Shown here in pieces: positions 1 to 9,880 of a DNA stretch of 64,000 bases; the first letter of the stretch is position 1; each line of letters opens with the position of its first letter. The position numbers were made by a program, and so were the translations under genes. Location: assembly GCA_965198115.1 (NCBI GenBank), contig OZ240241.1, positions 3,106,935 through 3,170,934 of the forward strand. Direction: 5' to 3'. The notes under the pieces are model-generated. The model was not told the DNA's origin and ran no database searches. It saw only the letters and a list, made by a program, of their open reading frames with translations. The DNA comes from Candidatus Latescibacterota bacterium. GTDB lineage: Bacteria > Latescibacterota > UBA2968.

Positions 1-265
1 CTTCACAGATGAACGCAGCGTAAAGGTGGTCGTCATCCCACAGAAGCTTCGCAACCGTCTGCTCTTTCTTTCCAGACTCGTACCAGGGAAAGACGAAGGC
101 GCCTACCTTGGGCGCCCCCACCCACGCGGGCTCATCAAGCCGCCCATCGATGGTGATCGGCGTGCCCGCACGATGAATCGTGTATGTCGGCTCGACCGTC
201 TCAGCCACGCTCTCTCCAAGGATTGCGATGATGGCGCCCGCCAGCAGCACGAAGACCCTCGCCAT
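1..265 (-). CDS. Secreted carbohydrate-binding-family-9-like protein, N-terminal 88 codons only (remainder outside window)
   Basis: Absent from the ORF track because it runs off the window edge. My reverse-strand translation from ATG 265-263 gives MARVFVLLAGAIIAILGESVAE (signal-like), then TIDGRLDEPAWVGAPKV...LLWDDDHLY, a pattern I associate with CBM9/DOMON-like domains. Confidence 0.35.
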   Translation of the reverse strand, partial: MARVFVLLAGAIIAILGESVAETVEPTYTIHRAGTPITIDGRLDEPAWVGAPKVGAFVFPWYESGKKEQTVAKLLWDDDHLYAAFICE

Positions 266-310
266 CAGCCCTCGCCCAATTCTCTATCTTCGATTCTCGA
301 TCCTCGATAT

Positions 311-1720
311 CTAGTCCGCGCTCTGGGCAATCGGTTCACCTTCGGATTGCAAATACCGCTCGTGCCCCTCGACCCACGGAAACTGAAAGTACTCGTCCAT
401 CGCCTCGTTCCCGGGTTGCGCCAGCAGATCCTCCAACGCCGCGTAGGCCTGTGTGTAGGAGCGTGTCTGATGGTTGTTCAACGCGCTCCAGAGGAGCATA
501 CTCTTGTCCCCCGACCTGTAGGCTTCGATCCCGTGTTCCATCTCGAGAATGGTCGGCAACAGTTGCTCCAACATAATCTTCTTCGGCAACGCCCCCACGT
601 TCACCGGCTGGATGCCCTTTTTATTGATGATCGCCGGGACCTCCACGACCACGTCGTCGTCGATACCTTCGATTGCGCCGCGGTTCGGCACGTTCACCTG
701 GAACTGACCTTCGACGTCGTTGGTGAGCGCATCGATAATCGGTACCTGCTGTTCCCTCGTCCTCTCGTTTCCGAAAACCTCGGTCAGCTGCGCGTTCGGG
801 TCGGTTGCCGCATCGCGAATCTGCGCGAGACGCGTGTCCAGCTTCTCCACGTGGACGGGTCTGGCAAGATGCGTATCCGGGCCACCCCAGGGCTCCCCAT
901 ACCAGAACTTTTTGGTCCCGATGTCGGAGTGATACCACCAGCCTCCCAACCTCGGGGAATCGCCGATCGGCATCAGTCCGTAGAGTCGATACTGATGAAT
1001 CGCGCCACGGGACATCTGGATGTCGTGAGTTCGGTCGGCGACGTGCGTTTGCCAGTAGTGCTCGCCTTCATCCTCGATCCACTTCTCGAGCAACGGATAC
1101 GCGTCTTCCCCATCGTAGAGGAAATGCGTCATCCAGATGCAGTGATTCACGCCCGGCGCCTGGAAGCCGACTCGCTCCGGCTCCAGACCGAGGACGTGAG
1201 CTACGTGCAGGTATCCGTAATGGCCGTGGCAGAGCCCGCACACTTTCACTTCCGTCTCCCGCGTCATCAACGTGCAGCCGTCGAACACGGGGTTCCCCGA
1301 TTGAATCAGCCAGGCATCCGGACAGATCCGCTCGATGTCGCGGGCCACATCCAGCATCAAGTTGAAGTTGTAGAAGCTGTTGCTCGCCGGCGCCCGGTAA
1401 TAGTAGCCGTGGCGGGCGTAGACCTCTCGCATATCAGCCTGATGATAGTGACTCTGGACCGCCGCCGTGTTGATCACGAAGTCGCAGTCTGATAGGCAGG
1501 CCGCGCGGTCGGTCGTCCGATCGAAGCGCAGATCCGAGCCGATCTCGGCTGTGTAACGCTCCGCCATCCGCGTTACCGCATCCAGTCGATCGGCGTCGAT
1601 GTCCATGAACGAAACTTCACTGCCTTTGAGGTTTTCCGTCAAACAAAGGTCCTTGACGAGCCCCAGCGAAAAGGTCGCACTTCCGGCACCGATCACACCG
1701 ATTCTGACTGAACGAGGCAT
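311..1720 (-). CDS. Glycoside hydrolase family 4 (NAD/Mn-dependent alpha-glucosidase/alpha-galactosidase type)
   Basis: 469-aa ORF with an N-terminal Rossmann motif (RIGVIGAGSATFS) and the GH4-typical VCGLCHGH Cys/His metal site. The overlapping plus-strand ORFs are shadow frames. Confidence 0.85.
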   Translation of the reverse strand: MPRSVRIGVIGAGSATFSLGLVKDLCLTENLKGSEVSFMDIDADRLDAVTRMAERYTAEIGSDLRFDRTTDRAACLSDCDFVINTAAVQSHYHQADMREVYARHGYYYRAPASNSFYNFNLMLDVARDIERICPDAWLIQSGNPVFDGCTLMTRETEVKVCGLCHGHYGYLHVAHVLGLEPERVGFQAPGVNHCIWMTHFLYDGEDAYPLLEKWIEDEGEHYWQTHVADRTHDIQMSRGAIHQYRLYGLMPIGDSPRLGGWWYHSDIGTKKFWYGEPWGGPDTHLARPVHVEKLDTRLAQIRDAATDPNAQLTEVFGNERTREQQVPIIDALTNDVEGQFQVNVPNRGAIEGIDDDVVVEVPAIINKKGIQPVNVGALPKKIMLEQLLPTILEMEHGIEAYRSGDKSMLLWSALNNHQTRSYTQAYAALEDLLAQPGNEAMDEYFQFPWVEGHERYLQSEGEPIAQSAD

Positions 1721-2011
1721 CGTATCCTCCTATCGTGTCTCACAGGGCGCACAAGAAAGCTGCACGTCTACGTTACATCGACGTACGAACTCGATGAAGC
1801 CCGAACCTTCGACCATCGCTCCCTACAAGCAAATCGAAAGGTAACCCCTTGAAGTCGGACGGTCCGAGTGGCTCAAATTAGCGTTAGCGACCGCTCACTG
1901 TCAAAGGATCTCCCGCGGGCGAAGCCTCACCACCCTGTCGTTGACAATACCCACAAGCTCGTATAAAAATAAGACGTTGTATACCAGTTCGGTTTGTGAC
2001 GCGGAGGTTGT

Positions 2012-2827
2012 GTGGGTCGTTTCACCATCGGCACGCTCGAAAGCGTGCTCAAAACGGATTGGGTGGATGTGTTTCCAGTCGCCCGATCGATCGGTTTCGA
2101 GTGCGTCGAGCTCGGTGTGCGTGGAGATGACTACCTTCGCACCGAGCTCTGGAGCCCCGAGGGTCTCGACGCGCTGAAAGCCAGGTCCGACCGGGCGAAC
2201 GTGCCGATCGCATCCGTCTGCCTTCACACCTTCTGGAAATACACATTCGCCGACGGAAACGTCGCTCATCGAACCACGGCCAAACAGATCGCGTTCCAGG
2301 CTTTCAACGCGTGTCGTGCACTCGACGCCGGCGTCATACTCGTACCGCTGACGAACCCGTATCGGCTGTCGTCCGAGCAGGCCGCACACCGGTGGTCGCT
2401 CGAAACCCGGGCCATCGCCGATGGTGCTGGAAGGGCGGGCATCAAGATCGCCCTGGAGGTCGTCGGCGGAAGCCACGTCATTGGCGGAGACGAGGTGATG
2501 GAACTTCTGGCGGCGATCGATCATCCGTTCGTCGGCGTCTACTTTGACTTCGGGAACGCGATGACCCTGGGCAGCGATCCCGTGAAAGACATCGGCATCC
2601 TTGGGGAACGAATTCTCCAGGTCCACGTCAAGGATCCTAAACGCGACCGCTCACCGTGCTATCTGGGTGAGGGCGACGTCGATCTTGCGGGATGCTTGAA
2701 AGCGCTGGTCGACATCGATTACAGCGGGCCGCTCGTCTTCGAAACACCCACCCTGTCAAACGCGCGAGACACGGCGGAACGCAACCTGAAGACGCTGCGC
2801 AAGTTCATTGAAGAGGCTGGAGCGTAA
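2012..2827 (+). CDS. Sugar phosphate isomerase/epimerase (xylose-isomerase-like TIM barrel)
   Basis: 271-aa ORF (non-ATG start) with family-typical segments: FECVELG, IALEVV, GVYFDFGN, HVKD. Divergent from the GH4 gene. Confidence 0.8.
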   Translation: MGRFTIGTLESVLKTDWVDVFPVARSIGFECVELGVRGDDYLRTELWSPEGLDALKARSDRANVPIASVCLHTFWKYTFADGNVAHRTTAKQIAFQAFNACRALDAGVILVPLTNPYRLSSEQAAHRWSLETRAIADGAGRAGIKIALEVVGGSHVIGGDEVMELLAAIDHPFVGVYFDFGNAMTLGSDPVKDIGILGERILQVHVKDPKRDRSPCYLGEGDVDLAGCLKALVDIDYSGPLVFETPTLSNARDTAERNLKTLRKFIEEAGA

Positions 2828-2829
2828 AG

Positions 2830-3165
2830 ATGTTCATCGAGATCACCCTGCTGGCCATCATGATCGCCTGCATCGGCATCAAGTGGTTCAGTAGCATCAC
2901 CCTGAAGGACCGACATACGAAGCTCGTCGAGGCGAACGACGAACTCGGTCGAGAGAAGGCACGCTACAAGAATCTCGTGAGCGAGGTCAACATGGCCGAC
3001 TACGAGATCCAGAAACTGCAGCGCAAAGTCCGAGCGACGGAACATAGGATCGGAAAGCTGACCAAGCTCCAGGGCAGCCTCCAGAACGAAGCGTCCAAGC
3101 AGGCTGCGGTCGATCAGCAGAAACAGAAAATCGCCGAGGAGGTGCGGAAAGCGCGAGAGGGATAG
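2830..3165 (+). CDS. Small membrane-anchored coiled-coil protein, function unknown
   Basis: ATG 2 nt after the preceding stop. N-terminal hydrophobic helix (FIEITLLAIMIACIGI) followed by a K/E/Q-rich heptad-like sequence. A hairpin follows the gene. Confidence 0.5.
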   Translation: MFIEITLLAIMIACIGIKWFSSITLKDRHTKLVEANDELGREKARYKNLVSEVNMADYEIQKLQRKVRATEHRIGKLTKLQGSLQNEASKQAAVDQQKQKIAEEVRKAREG

Positions 3166-3190
3166 CGACCCCCCACCGAGGCAAAACAAA

Positions 3191-3218
3191 AGGGCCGGCA
3201 GAGCTTTCCGCCGGCCCT
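3191..3218 (+). terminator. Stem-loop downstream of 2830..3165
   Basis: AGGGCCGGC (3191-3199) pairs with GCCGGCCCT (3210-3218) across a 10-nt loop. The trailing T-tract is weak. Confidence 0.5.
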
Positions 3219-3444
3219 TCACTTGTATGTTCGGCTCATGCTTTCATCCCGGTGGGTCCAGGACGCCGTCGTCCTCCCGACGGATGAAAAGAGCTTCCTT
3301 GCGGCGCCGCGAACCTCCCTGTGGACATACAAGCATTGAATGCACACACGACGAGCGAGCCCCATACCCCCCCGCCGTGCGTGATTCAGATTGGTCAGTT
3401 TATCGTGATTTCATATGGATTATCGGCCTCGACCACCCCAATCT

Positions 3445-4200
3445 TTAATCCGCTTCCCGGGCCCCTTCCCTCACCCAGGTGGATGCCAAGCCGTAAAGGA
3501 CCAGGTCCTCCATCACGTCGTAGTCGCCATCGAGATAAGGCAACAGACAGGCCGCATCGCCCCCCGTCAAAATCCGTCGGGCGCCTGCCCCCCCCCACGC
3601 CTGGGAGACGATTTTCTCGATCGTCCCGGAAGCCCCGAACATCAGGCCTGCTCGGATGCTGTCTTCGGTCGTCGCCGGCGGAACAGACGAGGGCGGACCG
3701 GGTTCGACATCGGGAAGCAGGCTCGTTTCAGCGTGCAAGGATCCGGCCGCCAACCAGAGCCCGGGCGAAATCGTTCCCCCGACGAAGCGGCCATCACCCG
3801 TCACGAAATCGATCGTGATCGCTGTCCCGACCGTCACCAGAACCGTGGCCGCCTGTGTCCGGGCGTAGGCCTCACCGGCCGCGACCAGCCGATCGATACC
3901 GACCCGTTCCGGATGGGACACGTCTGCCGTCACTCCGATGGCCATAGAGGGCGTCGCCTCGACGACATTTTTGCCCGTGGACGCAACCGCATCACGTATC
4001 AGGTCGCCACAACCACGAACGACGGATGCTACGAAGATCGTCTGGGGCGTGTCGGACACCGTTTCCATCAGCCAGCTCCCGAGCGCCCTGCTATCGCTCA
4101 CACGACGGGTTGAGACCGCGTGTTTTTCGACCAGAGCAGTCTTCTCGAACAACCCCGCTTTGATGCGTGTGTTTCCGACGTCGATCGCGAGGATCCTCAC
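3445..4200 (-). CDS. coaX: Type III pantothenate kinase
   Basis: A GTG at 4200 gives VRILAIDVGNTRIKAG..., the canonical CoaX N-terminus, with ASKHA-fold motifs downstream. The start overlaps the birA stop as GTGA. The longer 340-aa ORF in the track is an unsupported N-terminal extension. Confidence 0.85.
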   Translation of the reverse strand: MRILAIDVGNTRIKAGLFEKTALVEKHAVSTRRVSDSRALGSWLMETVSDTPQTIFVASVVRGCGDLIRDAVASTGKNVVEATPSMAIGVTADVSHPERVGIDRLVAAGEAYARTQAATVLVTVGTAITIDFVTGDGRFVGGTISPGLWLAAGSLHAETSLLPDVEPGPPSSVPPATTEDSIRAGLMFGASGTIEKIVSQAWGGAGARRILTGGDAACLLPYLDGDYDVMEDLVLYGLASTWVREGAREAD

Positions 4201-5198
4201 GACTCCACCTCCCGCAAACGATGCAGATCGCCAGCGTGAATCGTACGCGTCGTACCATCGGACAACTCGAGGACCAGTGCACCCGTCGTCGTCAGGCTTG
4301 CCATCCGGCCGATGATCGTCTCGTCCACCATCTCGACCCGGACACACTCTCCCCACCCGGCTGCACGACGCTGCCACTCGGCAAGCAGGTTTTCCGGCTC
4401 GAGGGCGGTCACGGATTCCAAACGATTCAAGATTTCGCCAAGCAGATCGGACCGCTCGACGCGACACCCTTCTACCCGCAAAGACGTGGCCGTCGTTCTG
4501 AGCTCGGGAGGAAAAGTCTCGACGTCCTGATGGACATTCACTCCCACACCGACGACCGCGACGGCGAGTCGATCACTCTCGGTCCTCGACTCTGTCAGAA
4601 TCCCCGCAACCTTGCGACCCTCGATCTGCACATCGTTCGGCCACTTCAGATCGCACTCGACACCAAGAGACGCGATCGCTTCGGCAACAGCCACGCCGGC
4701 TCCGAGCGTTAACAGACCGGCTCGATCGATGGACCAGTCGGGTCGGAGCAGCACGGACAGCCAGAGGCCCGACCCCGGCGGGGAAAACCACGCCCTGCCC
4801 AGCCGGCCTCGCCCCGCCGTCTGGTGCTCGGCGGTCACCGTCGCTCCTGACGGCGCCCCCCTGCTCTCGAGTTGCCAGGCCTCGTCGTTCGTGGACGCCA
4901 CTTGAAGGTGGCAGACGAGAGCCCGGCCGAGCGCGTCGGTCACGAGCAGCCGTCGCACACGATCCCGATCGATGGCGTCGACACCGTGACGCAATCGAAC
5001 TCCGTTGACAGGATGAACCTCGACTTCGTAACCCAGACGGGTAAGTGCCTCGACCGACTGACTCAGACTGTCCGCAAGGTCGTCCACGAACACCCCCGGG
5101 TGTCGGGCCAACCGCTCCAGCAACACGAACTCCGACGGGGAAGAAGCGTCCACCCTGTCCTCGCGCCCTCCCGAGCTGACATTGCCGCGACGGTTCAC
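4197..5198 (-). CDS. birA: Biotin--[acetyl-CoA-carboxylase] ligase, probably with an N-terminal repressor HTH
   Basis: Contains the GRGRLGRAW biotin-binding loop and KWPNDV, with a winged-helix-like N-terminus. The GTG start overlaps the sulfatase stop (GTGA). Confidence 0.85.
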   Translation of the reverse strand: MNRRGNVSSGGREDRVDASSPSEFVLLERLARHPGVFVDDLADSLSQSVEALTRLGYEVEVHPVNGVRLRHGVDAIDRDRVRRLLVTDALGRALVCHLQVASTNDEAWQLESRGAPSGATVTAEHQTAGRGRLGRAWFSPPGSGLWLSVLLRPDWSIDRAGLLTLGAGVAVAEAIASLGVECDLKWPNDVQIEGRKVAGILTESRTESDRLAVAVVGVGVNVHQDVETFPPELRTTATSLRVEGCRVERSDLLGEILNRLESVTALEPENLLAEWQRRAAGWGECVRVEMVDETIIGRMASLTTTGALVLELSDGTTRTIHAGDLHRLREVES

Positions 5199-6670
5199 AC
5201 GACACCACCCGGGCCGTGCCCCTCGCGACGGGCCTGTTCACCGCGCGCCCGCCCTCGCACATCCTCCCGGGTCAGCCAGTCCGTAAGACGGCAAAGCAAA
5301 CGAGCCCGCGTCTCGGTGTGTGCCGGATCGTGCCAGAGATTCTCGCACTCCTCCGGATCAGCGATCAGATCGTAAAGTTCGCCCCGCGCGTGTTCATCCC
5401 TTGGCTCCGGGGTATGGGAGACGCTCATCTTATACGGCATCTCCACCCACATCGACGCGTGGATGGCCGGATCGAAATAGCCTCGATACCCATCCGGTTT
5501 TCGACTGTTACCGCTGTTTCGGTAAAGGCAGGCCGCTCGATTCCGATCTCTGAGCTCATCGTCAGCGAGAAGATTCCGCCCATCGGGTGACCAGGATCGG
5601 ACAGCAGGTTCGTCGACCCCCGCCAGATGCAGACACGTCGCCGCAATGTCGAGCAGTTGACAGGGCGTTTCCACGACCGAGGGCTGCTGGCACGGTGCAC
5701 GAATCAGAAGAGGCACTCGCGTACACGCATCGTAGAAATAGGCGCCCTTCGTCATCAGGCCGTGGTCGCCCAGCATATCGCCGTGGTCGCTCGTGAACAT
5801 CACGACCGTTCGTTCAGCCTGTCCCGTTTCCTCCAGCGCATCGAGCACCCGTCCAACCTGCTTGTCGATCAACGCGACGGCAGCGTGGTAACCGACGCGC
5901 CAGGCCTCGAGCGTTCGTGGTTCAGGCACCTTCGTTCCCCAGTCGCGCTCCATTCGGTGAGCCACGGGCCGGTGCTCGAACGATTCGTCACTCGCCACCA
6001 CGGAGGGCAACGCTGAAATGTCCAGGACGTCTTCGAATTCGGGCGGGCAGTTCGTGTAAGGTGAGTGAGGGTCGAAAACGCTCATACAGCAGAAAAAAGG
6101 CGGGTCTCGCCCCTCACGATCTTCCAGGTAGGCGATCGTCCGCTCGGCCGCCCACGTCGTCATATGCAGCGGTTCGGGAAAGGGACCGGCATCCTGACCG
6201 TGCTCACGTATCCGTTGACGCAGGTCCGGATCGCGTTCTTCCATCCATTTCAGATAGGCATTGTCCAGCCCCCACGGACCAGAGGGATCCGACGCCCATT
6301 CGTAGACGTCGAAACCATCGTGTGGGTGACGCCGGTCGGCCTCTCGCAGGATTCCCGATACGTGCAGCTTGCCGAACAACGCCGTCGTGTAACCCGCATC
6401 TCGCAAACGATCAGGGAACAGAACTTCATCTTCGGGCAGGCAGTCGTGCAGGGCGTAGACACCGTGCCCGGGCAGATGTTTGCCCGTCCACAGGCTCGCA
6501 CGACTGGGTGTGCAGATCGTGCCGTTGATGTAACACCGATCGTAACGTCGCCCCGCATCCGCAAGCCGGTCCAGGTTGGGTGTATGCACGCCCGGTGTCC
6601 CGTAGCAACCCAGCGAATCCCAGCGTTGCTGGTCTGTCACGATCAGCAGAATGTTCGGTCGTTCCGTCAT
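5195..6670 (-). CDS. Formylglycine-dependent sulfatase (arylsulfatase family)
   Basis: PNILLIVTDQQR followed by the C-T-P-S-R formylglycine motif (ICTPSRASLWTGK). The ATG at 6670 shares one base with the upstream stop (TGATG). Confidence 0.85.
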   Translation of the reverse strand: MTERPNILLIVTDQQRWDSLGCYGTPGVHTPNLDRLADAGRRYDRCYINGTICTPSRASLWTGKHLPGHGVYALHDCLPEDEVLFPDRLRDAGYTTALFGKLHVSGILREADRRHPHDGFDVYEWASDPSGPWGLDNAYLKWMEERDPDLRQRIREHGQDAGPFPEPLHMTTWAAERTIAYLEDREGRDPPFFCCMSVFDPHSPYTNCPPEFEDVLDISALPSVVASDESFEHRPVAHRMERDWGTKVPEPRTLEAWRVGYHAAVALIDKQVGRVLDALEETGQAERTVVMFTSDHGDMLGDHGLMTKGAYFYDACTRVPLLIRAPCQQPSVVETPCQLLDIAATCLHLAGVDEPAVRSWSPDGRNLLADDELRDRNRAACLYRNSGNSRKPDGYRGYFDPAIHASMWVEMPYKMSVSHTPEPRDEHARGELYDLIADPEECENLWHDPAHTETRARLLCRLTDWLTREDVRGRARGEQARREGHGPGGVV

Positions 6671-7632
6671 CAGGCTGCCCGTCCATTCTGAGCGGACCAA
6701 GCCGGTTTCAGACTGCCTGACGCCAGCTTTTCAAGCTTGAGGAAGAGATCGCCGAAGATCGGGTCTCGTCTGCAGGACGTGGCGACCCGGACGATGTGTC
6801 GGGCCGGGTTGAAAGAATACGTGACCTGATCGGTCAGAATCGGACTGAGTACCAGAACACTGGGCACCCAGCTCGCATCGATGAGCCAGGCGATCGCCGA
6901 CAGATCCCAAACTTCCTTAGAGCGGGCGAACCGATCTTTTCGGTATGCCGCAAAGATATCGGCCAGGTAGCTGCCGATCGCTCCGTGCGGCCGAACGAAC
7001 GTATCCAGTTCCGGAACTGTCGTGAGCAGATGCGAAGCCACACCCGCACACGGAATCTGCACGACCGCAACGCCCGAATCGAAGACGACCTGAGCGGCGG
7101 GCACATCCTGACGCAAATTGAACTCTTGGGCCGTCGGCCAGTGGTAGGGCTGGCCACCCAACCAGACGACGACCACCTTCTTCACGATGTCCGGATCCAA
7201 AAGGATCGCCGACGCCACATTCGTGATCGCACCGATGGCCGCTACGTAAAGAGGCCCGTCTTCCGCGTGGGCCCGCTCGATCAAGTCGCGGGACGCCGCA
7301 TTGTCGACACCCTCCGATCGTTTTGGAAGATATCGCTCGGCACCCAGGAAGACGCGCTCACGCTCGTCCAAACCCAACCGATCGAGCAACCTGCCTATTT
7401 CCTCGTAGCTCTTGTGAACGCCATCCGCCGGCCCCTCCGACCGGTTGTTGTGAAATGGCGCTGCGTGGATGGCTTCGAGATCGATCCGATCGGGTGAGAG
7501 GAGTGCGTGCACGAGCACGAACTGGTCGTCGATCTCGTTGTAGGTATCCGTATCCAGTAGGACGCGCAGTCTGCCTTCCCCGGGCTCGAGCAAGCGGCGG
7601 CGATCGTCGTCCGATACAGATGGGAATTCCAC
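6670..7632 (-). CDS. Inosine/uridine-preferring nucleoside hydrolase family protein
   Basis: N-terminal DTDTYNEIDD matches the DxDxxxDD metal/ribose-binding signature. 320 aa. Confidence 0.8.
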   Translation of the reverse strand: MEFPSVSDDDRRRLLEPGEGRLRVLLDTDTYNEIDDQFVLVHALLSPDRIDLEAIHAAPFHNNRSEGPADGVHKSYEEIGRLLDRLGLDERERVFLGAERYLPKRSEGVDNAASRDLIERAHAEDGPLYVAAIGAITNVASAILLDPDIVKKVVVVWLGGQPYHWPTAQEFNLRQDVPAAQVVFDSGVAVVQIPCAGVASHLLTTVPELDTFVRPHGAIGSYLADIFAAYRKDRFARSKEVWDLSAIAWLIDASWVPSVLVLSPILTDQVTYSFNPARHIVRVATSCRRDPIFGDLFLKLEKLASGSLKPAWSAQNGRAA

Positions 7633-7707
7633 GTCTACACCTCTGTGTCAGGAGGGAGTGGCCCTCGACGATCCTCGTCCATTAATAGCGTCGTCACGTC
7701 TTCAGCT

Positions 7708-9645
7708 TCATTCGAGCACGCCCTTCGCGCACACAACGGCGTAGGCCGCGAGGTCGAGTTCGAAACAACCGTCGGTGACGTCCGCCTCGGCAAAGTCCTT
7801 CCTCCGGCGAAACGCCTGTGGATCCGTCATCGCCATCTCCACCGACTCGAGGTTGAGTACTTCCAGCCGAACAACGCCCGACAGTCCGGGACACACGACA
7901 CGCGCCCTTTGAACCATATCCGTCACGTTGGACAACACGAACCGGAACCAGCGCTCCTTTCGAAGCGTCAGTGCCTGAACCCGCAAGGGGTTGTCCGAAT
8001 GCGTTTCCACGACCTCCCCACCTCGCATCCCTCCCACCCAGGCAATCACGTGGTAAGCGGGAAACACCGAACCAGGGATCGAGGGGAACCGCCGCGACGG
8101 CGAGCCCTCCGCGCGTTCCATCAGCCCCCGCCACCCAACCGTCTCGAAATAGGTCAGGCTCGATGTGTCGGCTGCCATCAACGAGGCCAGACTGCCAGCC
8201 GTCCACGCAGCCCCGAGCAGCGACATCTGTCTCTCATCGACCTGGGGCGGAAGCCGCTCACCACTCGAATCGAGTTCGTGTCCGGTCGCGTTGGGATTGA
8301 AACGGGCGCGCAGCGTAACCGGTGTGATGTGCAGCGGTCGTTCCGCACAGAAACTACGTGCACTTTCGACCGTCCAAGCTTGTCCTTGAAGCGTCTCCAT
8401 CAGCGAAGCATCGTCGAACGCGTGAACCTGTGGGTTCAGCGAGTAGCACACGCTGTCGCACTCATCGATAGGGGGTCGCTCGCGGTTCAGCTCCGTGAAG
8501 TTGGCGTTCGTACCCGCCACGATAGGAACGTTCTCTCCCAGTTCCTCCCGAGCGATGGTCAACCACGACGCCGACGTCGACGTCTCCGCAACGTGGAAAA
8601 GAAGCCAACGCACGACGGGCAACTCGCCCGCCAGTGCCGCCAGCGATGTCAACTCCGCACGGGCCGCATCGCTCACGAAGAGGGCCACCTCCAATTCGAC
8701 CTCCAGCGCGGCCGCCTGAGCTGAGGCCTGCGCCAGCTCACGCTCCCACGTCGCCCCCGCCAGATGCACGTCGACACGCAGATGCGACAGATGCAGTCTC
8801 TTCAGCCGCTCGACCTCGTCCGCAGTCAAGGGCTCACTCCCGCTGGCCACGCCGACCCCGATCGGGGGTGCGGATCGGGTCTGTCCGGGCGAAACCGTCA
8901 CAGATGTGGGCGCGTCGACCGAAATCTCAGGGGCGTCAGTGGATCCCTCCAGCTCGATCGTCACCCGCTGTACAACACAGTCGCCCTTCCTCATCGAAAC
9001 GGGAAAAGGTTTTGCCAGCGGTGTGCAGTAGGTCTTGTAGGAGGCGTCCGTCCAATTGCGCTGATCCTCCATCTCGAACACATCGCCTTCGAACCGAATC
9101 GTCGCCCGGACGCCAGGAACGACCTCGTGCGAAATCGAACGCATATCCACAAAGGGTTGATCAGGAGAAATAAGCGTCGGAAAGATTCCATCTTCGGTCG
9201 ACCCGTCCGTTTTACCGACAAGACAAGGGCGCCCGGCGACGGACGTCGGCGCGTGCAGGACACAGAACCCGATCCGGTTCCGCTCGAAGTCGCTATGGGC
9301 CTCCCCCGTCATTTCGTAGACGACAGTACCTTCAGATGAGCCGGTCAATGTCCCCCGCCATCGAAAGTCGATCTCGCCCTTTTCGCAAATCGAGTCGAAC
9401 GCAATCTGGAAGTGGTCATCACCGGCCTGGACAGTCACACCGGACACGACAGGCAGAACCGTATCCCAGTTACGATCTCGCACGGCGGAATAGAGGCCAC
9501 GCAGAATCTCCCGGTCCCGCAGGCTGACGTATCTGAGGAAAGCATCACGAGGTTCGAACACCATCCTCAGAGGACCGGCTCGCACGTCGATCCGCTCCGA
9601 GGCGGGAGTGCTCGAACCCCGTAAGAATTGGCCTTCGGACGGCAC
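7708..9645 (-). CDS. Large conserved-looking hypothetical protein (645 aa), function unknown
   Basis: Long uninterrupted ORF, co-directional with and 75 nt upstream of the nucleoside hydrolase gene. I recognise no catalytic motif. Confidence 0.6.
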   Translation of the reverse strand: MPSEGQFLRGSSTPASERIDVRAGPLRMVFEPRDAFLRYVSLRDREILRGLYSAVRDRNWDTVLPVVSGVTVQAGDDHFQIAFDSICEKGEIDFRWRGTLTGSSEGTVVYEMTGEAHSDFERNRIGFCVLHAPTSVAGRPCLVGKTDGSTEDGIFPTLISPDQPFVDMRSISHEVVPGVRATIRFEGDVFEMEDQRNWTDASYKTYCTPLAKPFPVSMRKGDCVVQRVTIELEGSTDAPEISVDAPTSVTVSPGQTRSAPPIGVGVASGSEPLTADEVERLKRLHLSHLRVDVHLAGATWERELAQASAQAAALEVELEVALFVSDAARAELTSLAALAGELPVVRWLLFHVAETSTSASWLTIAREELGENVPIVAGTNANFTELNRERPPIDECDSVCYSLNPQVHAFDDASLMETLQGQAWTVESARSFCAERPLHITPVTLRARFNPNATGHELDSSGERLPPQVDERQMSLLGAAWTAGSLASLMAADTSSLTYFETVGWRGLMERAEGSPSRRFPSIPGSVFPAYHVIAWVGGMRGGEVVETHSDNPLRVQALTLRKERWFRFVLSNVTDMVQRARVVCPGLSGVVRLEVLNLESVEMAMTDPQAFRRRKDFAEADVTDGCFELDLAAYAVVCAKGVLE

Positions 9646-9792
9646 GAGATGTCTCCTGTTGTCGTGTTTTGAGGAAGTCTATGCTATACCGCGTGGGCTC
9701 GACCCGCAACGGAAAGATGCCACAGATCGATGGATGGACCGTTGTCTGTAGGGATGCCCCGATCGTTCCGTGGAGCACCTTAAGGAGCCCTT

Positions 9793-9822
9793 CTAAAAAG
9801 TGGCCCCGGGGCCACTTTTTAG
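9793..9822 (-). terminator. Bidirectional rho-independent terminator (perfect 30-nt palindrome)
   Basis: CTAAAAAGTGGCCCCGGGGCCACTTTTTAG has a GC stem flanked by an A5 and a T5 tract. It lies about 60 nt downstream of the 9881..12508 stop. Confidence 0.7.
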
Positions 9823-9880
9823 ACAAGAACATTTAACTGACTGTTTTTAAAAAAGTTATATATAGTCCTTGTAATGGGAG

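Noticed and set aside
26-1492. 488-aa plus-strand ORF and several other long ORFs antisense to annotated genes (e.g. 10100..11674, 12291..13409, 14293..15300, 37097..38047, 41536..42378)
   Set aside because: These are shadow ORFs typical of GC-rich DNA. They are Arg/Pro/Gly-rich and low in complexity, carry no motifs, and each fully overlaps a motif-supported gene on the other strand.
4201-4467. N-terminal 89-codon extension of coaX (track ORF 3445..4467)
   Set aside because: The extension lies entirely inside birA in another frame and is Arg/Gly-rich. The conserved CoaX N-terminus (RILAIDVGNT) begins at the GTG at 4200, which overlaps the birA stop.
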